From a virus, in the IMG/VR virus record IMGVR_UViG_3300045988_058486, positions 1 through 44,997 of that record: a DNA stretch of 44,997 bases; one strand, 5' to 3'. A program made the translations under genes and the position numbers. Position 1 is the first letter of the stretch, and every line of letters starts with the position of its first letter. Below are positions 1-8,172 of the stretch, one piece after another. The notes under the pieces were generated by a model. The model was not told the origin of the DNA and searched no databases. It saw only the letters and a list, made by a program, of their open reading frames with translations.

Positions 1-55
1 GGCCCTGGACAGGCTGGCCCCGGACAGGTTGGCCCCGGACAGGTTGGCCCCGGAC
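1..55. repeat. Terminal direct repeat: nt 1-55 are identical to nt 44943-44997 (assembly overlap of a circular molecule)
   Basis: Both ends read ggccctggacaggctggccccggacaggttggccccggacaggttggccccggac. Joining them keeps the minus-strand pentapeptide ORF in frame. Confidence 0.8.
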
Positions 56-300
56 AGGTCGGCCCCGGACAGGTTGGCCCCGGACAGGTTGGCCCTGGAC
101 AGGCTGGCCCCGGACAGGTTGGCCCCGAACAGGTCGGCCCCGGACAGGTTGGCCCCGAACAGGTCGGCCCCGGACAGGTCGGCCCAGGACAGGTTGGCCT
201 GCATACCCGCCCAACCATCAACGTCCTTATCCAACCAATGCTGGTGATTGCGCAAAATCTCGCTCAGCTGCGCTTGCGTGTATGTTTTTAAGTTAGCCAT
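1..300 (-). CDS. Pentapeptide-repeat protein, N-terminal part (ATG at 300; continues across the circular junction into 44430-44942)
   Basis: Minus-strand translation from 300 gives [34 protein letters not shown], then tandem A(N/D)L(S/F)(G/W/R) pentapeptides running to nt 1. 300 nt is exactly 100 codons. Confidence 0.8.
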   Translation of the reverse strand, partial: MANLKTYTQAQLSEILRNHQHWLDKDVDGWAGMQANLSWADLSGADLFGANLSGADLFGANLSGASLSRANLSGANLSGADLSGANLSGANLSGASLSRA

Positions 301-490
301 TGTCAATCATCCTTTCCAGATTCAGCAGCTCCTGCCGCAGCATGATGATTTTGCGTTTCATGGCGGTCTTGCTGTGGTTTTTGTCCAGGTAATTTCCGTT
401 ATAGCCATCCCCGCCGTTCGCTATATAGAGTGTGACGTTCTCCTTCAGGTCCTCAAAGAGGAGGGTTACAAACTGTAACTGCCTTTTCAT
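293..490 (-). CDS. Hypothetical protein (65 aa)
   Basis: ORF with an ATG start, packed tightly between neighbouring genes. Its stop overlaps the start of the pentapeptide gene. Confidence 0.5.
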   Translation of the reverse strand: MKRQLQFVTLLFEDLKENVTLYIANGGDGYNGNYLDKNHSKTAMKRKIIMLRQELLNLERMIDNG

Positions 491-493
491 CGG

Positions 494-775
494 TCACACC
501 CCCAGCCCCTTGCTGATGCTGTCCAGCTCCTCACAGATGGTTCTCAGGTCGCCAACGTGCTTTTCCACCGCATCCCGCATACACATTGGGTCTTTGGTAT
601 TCATATCCGGCATGGGGCTTCCAAGGACCTGGCTGCTGATATGCAGGGCCATATCCATGGCTTTCAGCGTCAGATCATTTGCCATGCTCAGCATTGAGGC
701 AATCGGTTCAGCAGAGGCCGGTATCGCAATACAGGGCTTGCCGTCATCAGGTGTGCATCCGTAGTTGTTAATCAT
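494..775 (-). CDS. Hypothetical protein (93 aa; start moved to the internal ATG)
   Basis: ATG at 775 is preceded by GGAAAGGAAAG and overlaps the upstream stop (ATGATTAA). Confidence 0.5.
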   Translation of the reverse strand: MINNYGCTPDDGKPCIAIPASAEPIASMLSMANDLTLKAMDMALHISSQVLGSPMPDMNTKDPMCMRDAVEKHVGDLRTICEELDSISKGLGV

Positions 776-995
776 TGCATTTACTTTCCTTTCCGGCCTG
801 TACCACAATCACAGGCCCGTTCAAATCTTCCGGTTTTTCGCCGTCGTGCGGCATCCGGGCAGGTTCCAGGATATGGTCCTTCGCCCGTGGGAAACTCTCG
901 TCCCCGTAATCGTCCTCTGCTGCACCGATTCCGGCTTTTCTGCCTCCATTCCGGAGGGCGGTATTCCGGTACAGACGGCCTGTAAAGTTATTCAT
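768..995 (-). CDS. Hypothetical protein (75 aa; internal ATG of the 131-aa ORF)
   Basis: ATG at 995 overlaps the methyltransferase stop (ATGAATAA). The longer ORF would overlap the methyltransferase by 176 nt. Confidence 0.4.
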   Translation of the reverse strand: MNNFTGRLYRNTALRNGGRKAGIGAAEDDYGDESFPRAKDHILEPARMPHDGEKPEDLNGPVIVVQAGKESKCND

Positions 996-1677
996 TGTCA
1001 AGCCCTCCCCATTGTTCTGCCATTGCAGCAGCGATGCCTGGAAATGTTTTGCTTCGTACTTTCCCTGACGTGGAAACGGAATCCTCCCAAATTCTTGCTC
1101 TGCCATTCGGTCGAACCCCAAATAACTCCGCATTATTTGGCTTTGGGAGACTGTTTTTCCCAAGTTTCGGCAAGTTTTTAAGCCACAGACACGTTGCTTT
1201 TGTCACATAGTTTTCTCTATCGTCAGCCCCGGAGGCGAACATATAGGGGTGTATCGTCTGGTCCGGCTTTCTGTACGCCGTGTTCATAAAACCGATCGGG
1301 TTCTCGATTGCGATTCTTTTTGCGTTCGCAGTTAAAAATCGCATAAAGAAAACGGCACCTTTTGCTCTATCTTCCCATCTTTTCACAACTTTTTCCGCCG
1401 GTGTGCAGCGGAGGGAAAAGCTGCGTGTAGCTACGTTACTCAGGTATGTACACGGCGGATGTGCAATAAGCAAATCCCATTTGCCGATGTCATGTATTCG
1501 TCCGTCCATCGTAGTCACTTGCCCACCATCAATCGCCTTTAGGGCATCACCCAGAATGTGCCATTCTGGTTTCCCACCGCTGGGTTCCTGGATGTCGCAT
1601 GAGTATGCTTCATGCCCAAGTTCCCGGAAAGCTTTGCATACGGTCTGCGATTCTTCGCAGGCTATTAAAACTTTCAT
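988..1677 (-). CDS. DNA (cytosine-5)-methyltransferase, short phage type
   Basis: MKVLIACEES N-terminus, catalytic HPPCTYLS (PC motif) and IENP (ENV-like motif). Start forms an ATGA overlap with the upstream gene. Confidence 0.8.
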   Translation of the reverse strand: MKVLIACEESQTVCKAFRELGHEAYSCDIQEPSGGKPEWHILGDALKAIDGGQVTTMDGRIHDIGKWDLLIAHPPCTYLSNVATRSFSLRCTPAEKVVKRWEDRAKGAVFFMRFLTANAKRIAIENPIGFMNTAYRKPDQTIHPYMFASGADDRENYVTKATCLWLKNLPKLGKNSLPKPNNAELFGVRPNGRARIWEDSVSTSGKVRSKTFPGIAAAMAEQWGGLDNE

Positions 1678-2558
1678 TTGCCTGTCACCTCCAAATAATC
1701 CTCCATGCTGGTTTGTCCCGGAAGCACATCGTACTCCATCCACCAGCGGAATACATCTTCTGCGTTGTTCCAGGTTGTTTCTTTGCCACGCCGCTTGCGT
1801 TCCTCCAGCATCCGGTCAAAGGCGTTTAGGTAGAGCTGCTTGTACTTTGGCCACCGAGCAAACTCTGCTTCCCGGTTTTTCCGGTCGGCCAAAGGGCAAC
1901 CAACGCAGCCAACACGGCGTCGTCCCTCTGCGTAAAGCGGATTCGTGGGGACTTTTGCATCCTCCAAAAAACCGTACACATCCTTGTCCGCCCAGTCGAT
2001 AATGGGATTTACCACCCGTTTTGCCTTCAAACGGCAGTTTTCAAAAAGCATTCGTTTTTCATCATTATCGTTGGCAAGGATGATTTTTTTATCCTTAGTT
2101 GCACCCAGTTTTTCGTAGATTCCACGGTTGTTTTTTCGGGATGAAGATTCGTCCCAGCGAGCTCCGGTGCAAATGAACCGCCCCGCCCCGCCTGTTTCCT
2201 TTAGGATAGTACAGCAGTAGCGAAGAAGCCGTGTTGGCGGCATCAGCTTTTGTGGAATCAAGCCCCACATGGAGGTGCGCTGCCCCTTGTAAGTGGGCAT
2301 ATTCACGGTGCATTTGTAGCCCTTTCCCTCCAGCCGTGCCATTTCCGAGCGCACGAACCGCACCGTTTCAGGGGCATCCGCTGTTGTGTGGTTGTGTTGA
2401 AACTCACAGGGGATTCCCGCCCGAATGGCAAGCTCGGTGATAGCGCTGGAATCTTTACCACCGGAAATGCAGATCACAAGGGGCTGCTGATACGCCATCA
2501 GAGCCATTTCTGAGGCGGCTTTCAGGCGTTCGATGGCAATTTGTTCTAAATCATTCAT
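1674..2558 (-). CDS. PAPS-reductase family / PP-loop ATP pyrophosphatase protein
   Basis: PP-loop ICISGGKDSS and a C-terminal Cys cluster GCVGCP. Starts at MNDLEQ with an ATGA overlap to the upstream gene. Confidence 0.8.
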   Translation of the reverse strand: MNDLEQIAIERLKAASEMALMAYQQPLVICISGGKDSSAITELAIRAGIPCEFQHNHTTADAPETVRFVRSEMARLEGKGYKCTVNMPTYKGQRTSMWGLIPQKLMPPTRLLRYCCTILKETGGAGRFICTGARWDESSSRKNNRGIYEKLGATKDKKIILANDNDEKRMLFENCRLKAKRVVNPIIDWADKDVYGFLEDAKVPTNPLYAEGRRRVGCVGCPLADRKNREAEFARWPKYKQLYLNAFDRMLEERKRRGKETTWNNAEDVFRWWMEYDVLPGQTSMEDYLEVTGK

Positions 2559-2908
2559 CCCTTGGCCGCCTTCCCCGCCCAGTATTTTTTTCTGGAAAAC
2601 TCCCTGGACCGTTCTCTTGCCGCTTTTTTGCAGCAGGTCGTAGAGCAATAGACCCGTCTGTGTCCTATCCGGTAAAACGGCTGACCGCAGACCGGGCAGG
2701 TGGCGTTCCCGGTAATGGCCTCCGGCCATTTCTCCGGCTGCGGCTCCTGATGCTGAACGGGCTGCATACGGTCTCTCTGTGCAACGTACTTGCCGTAGCT
2801 TGTCCCGGCCTCGACAGCCTCATAGCACAGGGTGCAAAAAGCGCAGCGGCCTGTCTCGTCCAGGTCTGTCACAACGTGGCAGACTCTGCATTGTTTTCGC
2901 ATTTGCAT
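2555..2908 (-). CDS. Cys-rich zinc-ribbon protein, function unknown
   Basis: Two CxxC pairs at the N-terminus (CRVC...CAFC) and CPVC...CSTTC at the C-terminus. Translationally coupled to the PAPS-reductase gene. An alternative ATG lies at 2902. Confidence 0.55.
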   Translation of the reverse strand: MQMRKQCRVCHVVTDLDETGRCAFCTLCYEAVEAGTSYGKYVAQRDRMQPVQHQEPQPEKWPEAITGNATCPVCGQPFYRIGHRRVYCSTTCCKKAARERSREFSRKKYWAGKAAKG

Positions 2909-2933
2909 TCTCTCCTTTTGCTTGTTTCCGTTC

Positions 2934-3524
2934 TCACGGCTTGTGCTTATTTCCCTGAGCCGTTGCTGGCGGCTCTCTGCCGGAAGAAATTGCCTTCTGG
3001 GTGTTGTTATCTACCGGCTTTGCAAAACTCTCCGTGAGTGCTTTCAGCGTTTCCCTGACTGGTAGCGGGATTTTATCCGTTTCCACCTTCCGCTTGGACA
3101 GGATTTCATACACCTGCCGGAAGTTTGCCCGGTCCGCCACCTGGTTCTCGCTCCAGCAGAGCGATTTGTAGCCAAGCCGTCGGACGGTCTCCCTCGTCAG
3201 CGGGGGAAGTGAGGCAAGCGCTCCGTCCTCGTCATAGCTGCCAAACCGGCGGATTGCATTCATGGCTTGGTCCCACGCCTCGCCCCAGTCAGGAGCCGGT
3301 CCGCCGTTCTGGATTTCAGCCACGCCGTCCCGAATGTCGGCAATGGACGGGGACCACTTGTTCGTGGCCACCCACTTGGCCAGAATAGCTTCCGCCACCG
3401 GGAAGGGAATGTCCTGCAACTGCCTGTACCAAAGCTCCATGGCCTGTTCATTCGGCAGGATGTTTTCCCGGGAGTAATACGTCCGGATTGCTGCGGCAAA
3501 TTGCCAAAACTCTTGCCTCGTCAT
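2934..3524 (-). CDS. Replicative helicase loader/inhibitor (SPP1 G39P-like)
   Basis: The pattern AIRTYY...LWYRQLQDIPFPVAEAILAKWVATNKWSPSIADI matches my recollection of the G39P loader family. It sits directly downstream of the replication organizer. Confidence 0.65.
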   Translation of the reverse strand: MTRQEFWQFAAAIRTYYSRENILPNEQAMELWYRQLQDIPFPVAEAILAKWVATNKWSPSIADIRDGVAEIQNGGPAPDWGEAWDQAMNAIRRFGSYDEDGALASLPPLTRETVRRLGYKSLCWSENQVADRANFRQVYEILSKRKVETDKIPLPVRETLKALTESFAKPVDNNTQKAISSGREPPATAQGNKHKP

Positions 3525-4327
3525 TCGCCGTTGCCTCCTCCGTTTGCCCATCGCTGGCCCATCTCGTAAAACTCGTTCAGTTCGTCAGCCTTGGTGTATT
3601 TCCCTGGGTTTCTTGCCTGCTGGTACTGGCTCAGTGCCCGGTTGTCGTAGTTCCCGTCCAGCACCTTCGCCATGTTTGCGTCTGCAACAAGCCAGTCAAA
3701 CGTTGCCGCCCAGTTCCGGTTATTCTGGCCTTTCAGGAACTCGCTGGCCTCGGCGTTTTCAAACAGCCGCCGGAAGTCACCCAGCGTGTAGCCGCTGCGG
3801 ATTCTTGCCTTGAGGGCTTTCTTCCGGGCATCGGACATGGCCGTGCATTTTGGCAGCGACGGACAGAGGCGGTTGTACAAAGCCTGAATCTCGTCATACG
3901 GGACGGCGGGAGAAGGGGGAGGGGCCGGACGCTGTGCGTCCGGTTTGCTTCCGGCGGAAAAATTTTCTTTTCCCTTTTCTTTCTCTACCTCTACCTCCCT
4001 CTCTCTCTCTTTCTCTTTCTCCCCCTCTTTCTCCTTTACGGTTTGTTCTTCTTTTGCTTCCGGTTTGCTTCCGGTTTGCTTGTCATCAGATTTTGATTTG
4101 CTTCCACCTTTTTGACCGTTTTCGGATTTTGCTTTTGCTTTGTCAAAAACAGGCCGGAGAAGGTCAAACACAATCGCAACAGCCTCAGGAGCGTCTGTCA
4201 GGTCAGGCTCTGTTTGGTTTAGAGCATAGGCGCAAATCATGTCGTAGGCCTTTACGCGGTCCGTGCCTTTTTTGATTTTGCTGATGGCATCAAAAAAGCT
4301 CCGATAAAAAGTGAACTGGCTTCTCAT
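3521..4327 (-). CDS. Replication initiation / replisome organizer protein (DnaD-like C-terminal region)
   Basis: MRSQFTFYRSFFDAI N-terminal domain, an EK-rich linker, and a C-terminal NWAATFDWLVADANMAKVLDGNY motif. Position in the replication module supports the call. Confidence 0.65.
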   Translation of the reverse strand: MRSQFTFYRSFFDAISKIKKGTDRVKAYDMICAYALNQTEPDLTDAPEAVAIVFDLLRPVFDKAKAKSENGQKGGSKSKSDDKQTGSKPEAKEEQTVKEKEGEKEKEREREVEVEKEKGKENFSAGSKPDAQRPAPPPSPAVPYDEIQALYNRLCPSLPKCTAMSDARKKALKARIRSGYTLGDFRRLFENAEASEFLKGQNNRNWAATFDWLVADANMAKVLDGNYDNRALSQYQQARNPGKYTKADELNEFYEMGQRWANGGGNGE

Positions 4328-4329
4328 GG

Positions 4330-4743
4330 TCAGCCCTCCATTTCTTCCAGAGCGACAACCACGCAAGGCGGGTAAGCGTATGATTTGCAGATAATCAGCT
4401 GCACGACGGCGGAATCATCGTCATATGCGATTCCATTCAGTGCGTCAAGCACAGCTTTTGCAACGTTGTCCAAGTCAGGCTTTACCGTCGGGAGGATTTT
4501 CCCGGACAGCGCCGCCTCCTTCTTTTTATTGGACCACGACATTGGGATACTGTAACAGGCGGTAATCTTTGCCCGGATAGGTCCGTTCAGGCACACGCCA
4601 GAGGATGCAGAGAGGTATGCTTTTTTGACAACACGCTCATATGCTGCTGTCTCCTTTGGAGTGTACGTCCGCCCGGTTTTGCTATTAAACCGGGGTCTCC
4701 CCTTTCCGGTTGGCTTGCCGGGGACTGTGAATTTTACTTCCAT
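4330..4743 (-). CDS. rusA: RusA-family Holliday junction resolvase
   Basis: GKGRPRF near the N-terminus, KPDLDNVAKAVLDALNGIAYDDD catalytic region, 137 aa. Confidence 0.85.
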   Translation of the reverse strand: MEVKFTVPGKPTGKGRPRFNSKTGRTYTPKETAAYERVVKKAYLSASSGVCLNGPIRAKITACYSIPMSWSNKKKEAALSGKILPTVKPDLDNVAKAVLDALNGIAYDDDSAVVQLIICKSYAYPPCVVVALEEMEG

Positions 4744-4755
4744 GGTGGGCCTCCC

Positions 4756-5160
4756 TTAAAACGGGAGGCCTTCATCAGGGGCATCCATCGGCATAAATCC
4801 GCTCTCGGAAGGCTCAGGGCGGCTCTCAGCGGAATCTTTTTTGTCTCCGCAGAAGTAGATGTGGTCAACCAGAATCTCAGCGTTGCGCCGTTTCTTGCCG
4901 TCCTTATCGGTCCATTCCCGGAATTGCAGGCGACCGGTAACAGCGGCCAGACGGCCCTTGGTGAAATACTTTGCTGCGCTTTCACCGGTGCCCCGCCAAG
5001 CCACGCAGTCAATAAAATCGACTTCCTTCTTCTCGGCATCCTTGGAGGCCACGTCCCGTTCACAGGCCAGCGTAAAGCTGGCCACTGCCGTCCCGTTCCC
5101 GGTTCGGCGAAGTTCAGGGTCGCGCACCATGCGCCCCATGACAACGATCTCGTTAAGCAT
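4756..5160 (-). CDS. ssb: Single-stranded DNA-binding protein
   Basis: OB-fold start MLNEIVVMGRMVRDPELR, and an acidic tail ending DEGLPF. Confidence 0.9.
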   Translation of the reverse strand: MLNEIVVMGRMVRDPELRRTGNGTAVASFTLACERDVASKDAEKKEVDFIDCVAWRGTGESAAKYFTKGRLAAVTGRLQFREWTDKDGKKRRNAEILVDHIYFCGDKKDSAESRPEPSESGFMPMDAPDEGLPF

Positions 5161-5968
5161 TGTCGGCTACCTCCTGGGGGATGACTTCGCCGGTCTCGCT
5201 GTCCACGTCAATGTAATCCGTGGTGTCGGGGATGCTGGTCATATCATCGGAGAGTTCCACCTTGGTGGTCTCATCCTGCATAACGCCCCGGACGAAATCG
5301 GATTTCAGCGGCGCATATTTCAGGACCTTTTTCAGAACTGTTTTCTTTGCCATTTCGTCGAAATTTGTCTGCCACGGGCCGTTTCCGAAACTTTTGGAAA
5401 ACTTCTGGGCGTGGGTGCGAACGTCCTCAATGCTCATCACCTGGAAGCCGTAGCCGCCGTCCTTGGTCTTGAACATGGCATAGTAAGCAACAGGATTGCC
5501 CCGGTTAGTCTTGGCGGGGACGTGGCGCAGCTTGGGGTCAAGGCCCAGCTCATAGACAAACTCATCGTTCTCATAGACCGTGTGGGCCTGGATGATGGAG
5601 ACCTCGCCGGACCGGTAGGCCAGATCGATGAGGCCCTTATATCCCAGCTGGAACTGACACTCCATCCGCCCGTGGTTTTTGAAGGGGATGAGGTAGGCCT
5701 GGCCAAGGGGAGTATTGGGTTCCAGGCCAAGCTGTGCGGCGGTCATCATCGCCCCAAGGAAACTCTGCGGGGTGCACTCTTTCAGCCTGGGGTTGGCACT
5801 CAGGGCGCTCATGGTGATGCGGGTAAACCGTTCAGGGGTCATCACGCTGGGCAGAGCGGCCTTGATGGCCGGACCCATGACCTGGATGTAATCCTGGATG
5901 CTGCTGGGTTTCTTGCTTTTTGCTACCGCCTGCGTGGAAGCGGCGGCGTTCTGAATCACGTTTGCCAT
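5153..5968 (-). CDS. recT: RecT-family single-strand annealing recombinase
   Basis: RFTRITMSALSANPRLKECTPQSFLGAMMTAAQLGLEP and GYKGLIDLAYRSGEV motifs. ATG at 5968 follows GAGGAGGAAG. Confidence 0.9.
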   Translation of the reverse strand: MANVIQNAAASTQAVAKSKKPSSIQDYIQVMGPAIKAALPSVMTPERFTRITMSALSANPRLKECTPQSFLGAMMTAAQLGLEPNTPLGQAYLIPFKNHGRMECQFQLGYKGLIDLAYRSGEVSIIQAHTVYENDEFVYELGLDPKLRHVPAKTNRGNPVAYYAMFKTKDGGYGFQVMSIEDVRTHAQKFSKSFGNGPWQTNFDEMAKKTVLKKVLKYAPLKSDFVRGVMQDETTKVELSDDMTSIPDTTDYIDVDSETGEVIPQEVADNA

Positions 5969-6149
5969 TTTTATTCTTCCTCCTCGATAACTTTCATTTT
6001 TTTTTGCTTGTAGCACATATGTGCCGCGTAGCTGATGGACTGCATGAGGTCAAGCTCCCGCGCCCCGCGGATGCTGCTCCATGCGTGAATGATTTCTTCC
6101 CCGTTGAAAAGGATCGCGAACCGTACCTTTTTGCGGTAGACGGCCAGTT

Positions 6150-6431
6150 TTACGGAGTATCCGATGGTTTCACAACCCGAAATGGCTTCCGCCTCCGCTT
6201 TTTGGGGATTGGTAACTGCCTTCTTTTCAGCAGGTCACCTTCCGATACGCCGAGGAGCACACACAGCCTGTGGAACGCATATTCCGGAATCCGCCCTTTA
6301 TTGACTACGAAGCTGAGATAGCTGGGGCAGCGCCCGATTTCCTCGGAGAGAACTGCCAACGTCTTTCCGGAATCATACACGGCTGCTCTTGTGGCAGAAG
6401 TGTCGATTTCTACCATATTTGTTTTTGCCAT
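6150..6431 (-). CDS. Small helix-turn-helix-like protein with a basic tail (see the frameshift finding)
   Basis: TLAVLSEEIGRCPSYLSFVVNKGRIP resembles an HTH. The start overlaps the exonuclease stop by 1 nt. Confidence 0.5.
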   Translation of the reverse strand: MAKTNMVEIDTSATRAAVYDSGKTLAVLSEEIGRCPSYLSFVVNKGRIPEYAFHRLCVLLGVSEGDLLKRRQLPIPKKRRRKPFRVVKPSDTP

Positions 6432-7363
6432 TATTGTTCATCCTTTTTGAACCGGAAAGTTCTGCTTTCCGAAGTTTTGAAGTAGTTCTGCGGGATTTCT
6501 CCGTGGTCTTTCTCCCATTTCTTCCGGTCGAAGGTCGCCCGTCTCTGAGACTTCCAGCTGACGGTGTAGCCACCGTAATAGCCCCGCTCTGCCGTTCTCA
6601 TGGTCTGCATGATGCGGTTCTTGGCAGCGGTCTTGCGTTCCTCAAGGTCCTTGATCTGCCGGTCGCATTCTTCCAGCAGCGCCAGGTCTGCGGCGTTGCC
6701 GGTCAGGTCAACCTCCTCGTCCGGGTCGCTCTGCGGAAACTCTGCGTTCAGGGCTTCCTCCGTGGACACAGAGCCATCTAATTCCGGTGGGGTGTCCGTC
6801 TCCACCATCTCCCAAAAGTCACGTTCTGCGGCTTCCAAAGCGGCGATCTCGTCCTCGTCCCGTTCGATGGTGAAGACCTTAAAATCAACACCGAGGACCA
6901 GAACGGCCAGGTACCAGCGTTCCAGGCCGGACACCATGAGATAATGCACCGCTTGGCAATAGTAGTTCGCCGGAAACTCTCCGTTCTTAAACTTGCTCAG
7001 GTGCAGAGCGTTTGTAGTCTTGATTTCCAGACCGGCCTTCTCGCCAACGACCAGGCGGTCGTAATTGGCATGGGCAAAAGGCAGATCGTCCCGGAAGATG
7101 GTGTTGTTCTCCCGCCGGACCTTCTTACCGGTGGCCTCCATAAACCGCTTGGCCACATAATCTTCCAGGTCGTTGCCCAGCCGGACGGCCTCCTTCCCGG
7201 AAACGTCCTCCGGAATGACCTTGCCGGTCTTTTCCATCCAAAGGGCATAAGCGGATTTGTAAGGGTTCAGCCCCAGGATGGCGGCGGCATCGGAACCGCC
7301 GATGGACTTTGCCCGTATCTGCCGCCACTCTTCTTCGCTGGCGGCGTGGACCTTGTGAATCAT
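6431..7363 (-). CDS. YqaJ-like viral recombinase exonuclease (partner of RecT)
   Basis: GGSDAAAILGLNPYKSAYALWMEKTG and LEIKTT motifs. Located in the recombination module with RecT. Confidence 0.85.
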   Translation of the reverse strand: MIHKVHAASEEEWRQIRAKSIGGSDAAAILGLNPYKSAYALWMEKTGKVIPEDVSGKEAVRLGNDLEDYVAKRFMEATGKKVRRENNTIFRDDLPFAHANYDRLVVGEKAGLEIKTTNALHLSKFKNGEFPANYYCQAVHYLMVSGLERWYLAVLVLGVDFKVFTIERDEDEIAALEAAERDFWEMVETDTPPELDGSVSTEEALNAEFPQSDPDEEVDLTGNAADLALLEECDRQIKDLEERKTAAKNRIMQTMRTAERGYYGGYTVSWKSQRRATFDRKKWEKDHGEIPQNYFKTSESRTFRFKKDEQ

Positions 7364-7650
7364 TCCTCAGCGCCTCCCATCAGGTCTTCCGTTTCCCGGC
7401 GGAACTTGTCCGCCGCACACTTCGGGCAGAACAGGGCTCCGTCAATCTCCCAGGTGTAGTCATCCTGGATGTACTGCCCACAGCACTCACACTGGGGGCG
7501 ACGGGTCAGGGATTCCTCCATGTCCCGTTCATGCTGCTGCCATAGGGCAAAATTATCTTCCATCGCTATGCGGTTCCTTTCTCTTAAAAATCTCGCCGTG
7601 TAGGCAAGACGCTCTTGCTTTTCGGCGTTTGTTGTGATATAATTATTCAT
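7360..7650 (-). CDS. Hypothetical zinc-ribbon protein (96 aa)
   Basis: CECCGQ...CPKC motif. ATGA overlap with the downstream gene. Confidence 0.55.
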   Translation of the reverse strand: MNNYITTNAEKQERLAYTARFLRERNRIAMEDNFALWQQHERDMEESLTRRPQCECCGQYIQDDYTWEIDGALFCPKCAADKFRRETEDLMGGAEE

Positions 7651-7700
7651 AGCATTTCTTTCCTTTTGCCGTCTCCGGTCTTGTCCACCGGAGGCGGATT

Positions 7701-7856
7701 TTATTTTTCTACCAGCTTGACCTCACCGGTGATGCGGTGACGGACGATCATGCTTTTGGGAAGGTCACGGATGACCACCCAAAACATAGGGTTCATCCCG
7801 ATTTTCTTCATGGCTTTGGCCTGCTCCTTCGTGGGGCTTGCATTCTTCTGCGCCAT
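7701..7856 (-). CDS. Small hypothetical protein (51 aa; start at MAQKN)
   Basis: Internal ATG chosen. The N-terminal extension of the 76-aa ORF runs into the upstream gene. Confidence 0.4.
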   Translation of the reverse strand: MAQKNASPTKEQAKAMKKIGMNPMFWVVIRDLPKSMIVRHRITGEVKLVEK

Positions 7857-7863
7857 GTCCGCC

Positions 7864-8172
7864 TCACTTGTTAAGCTTCTGCCAATACATGGCACCACGC
7901 CACACACCGACGATGAGACAGGCCAGAGCAATAGGACCGGAGACCTCCGGGGAAACCATGCCCCGTGCCGTGTAAACGGCCATCATCCCGGCCAGACACA
8001 GGCAGCTTCCGCATTCCAGGGCGGCCCGGCGGACAGTCCGCCAGAAAGCCCGCTTTGCCTTCTCATGGGCCACACGGGCCTGACACTTCCGCAGGGCCTC
8101 GGCCTTCTCGGCCTTGCGCCGGGCATTGATCTCATAGATCATTTCCATGTCCGGATCAGTGATGTACTGCAT
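7864..8172 (-). CDS. Hypothetical membrane protein (102 aa)
   Basis: Two hydrophobic stretches (CLCLAGMMAVY, IALACLIVGVW). Confidence 0.5.
   Translation of the reverse strand: MQYITDPDMEMIYEINARRKAEKAEALRKCQARVAHEKAKRAFWRTVRRAALECGSCLCLAGMMAVYTARGMVSPEVSGPIALACLIVGVWRGAMYWQKLNK

Noticed and set aside
29-247. 72-aa plus-strand [13 protein letters not shown]... and the regular 15-nt DNA periodicity, which could be mistaken for a CRISPR-like or satellite repeat array
   Set aside because: It is the antisense reading of the pentapeptide-repeat gene. There are no unique spacers between units, and the minus-strand frame gives a canonical A(N/D)LSG protein with a proper start at 300.
3960-4040. CT-rich microsatellite-like tract considered as a non-coding repeat or recombination hotspot
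   Set aside because: It stays in frame within the replication-organizer gene and encodes an EK-rich linker (EKEGEKEKEREREVEVEKEK). It is retained only as part of the candidate-origin finding.
4859-6013. Long plus-strand ORFs antisense to minus-strand genes (4859-6013, 8147-9433, 16178-17098, 17679-18854, 20548-21630, 25844-26581, 27366-28397, 29621-30592, 32387-33640, 34446-35450, 38024-38809)
   Set aside because: These are mirror-frame ORFs typical of GC-rich coding DNA. Their translations are low-complexity (R/G/P/H-rich) and lack SD sequences, and the opposite strand carries recognisable phage proteins.
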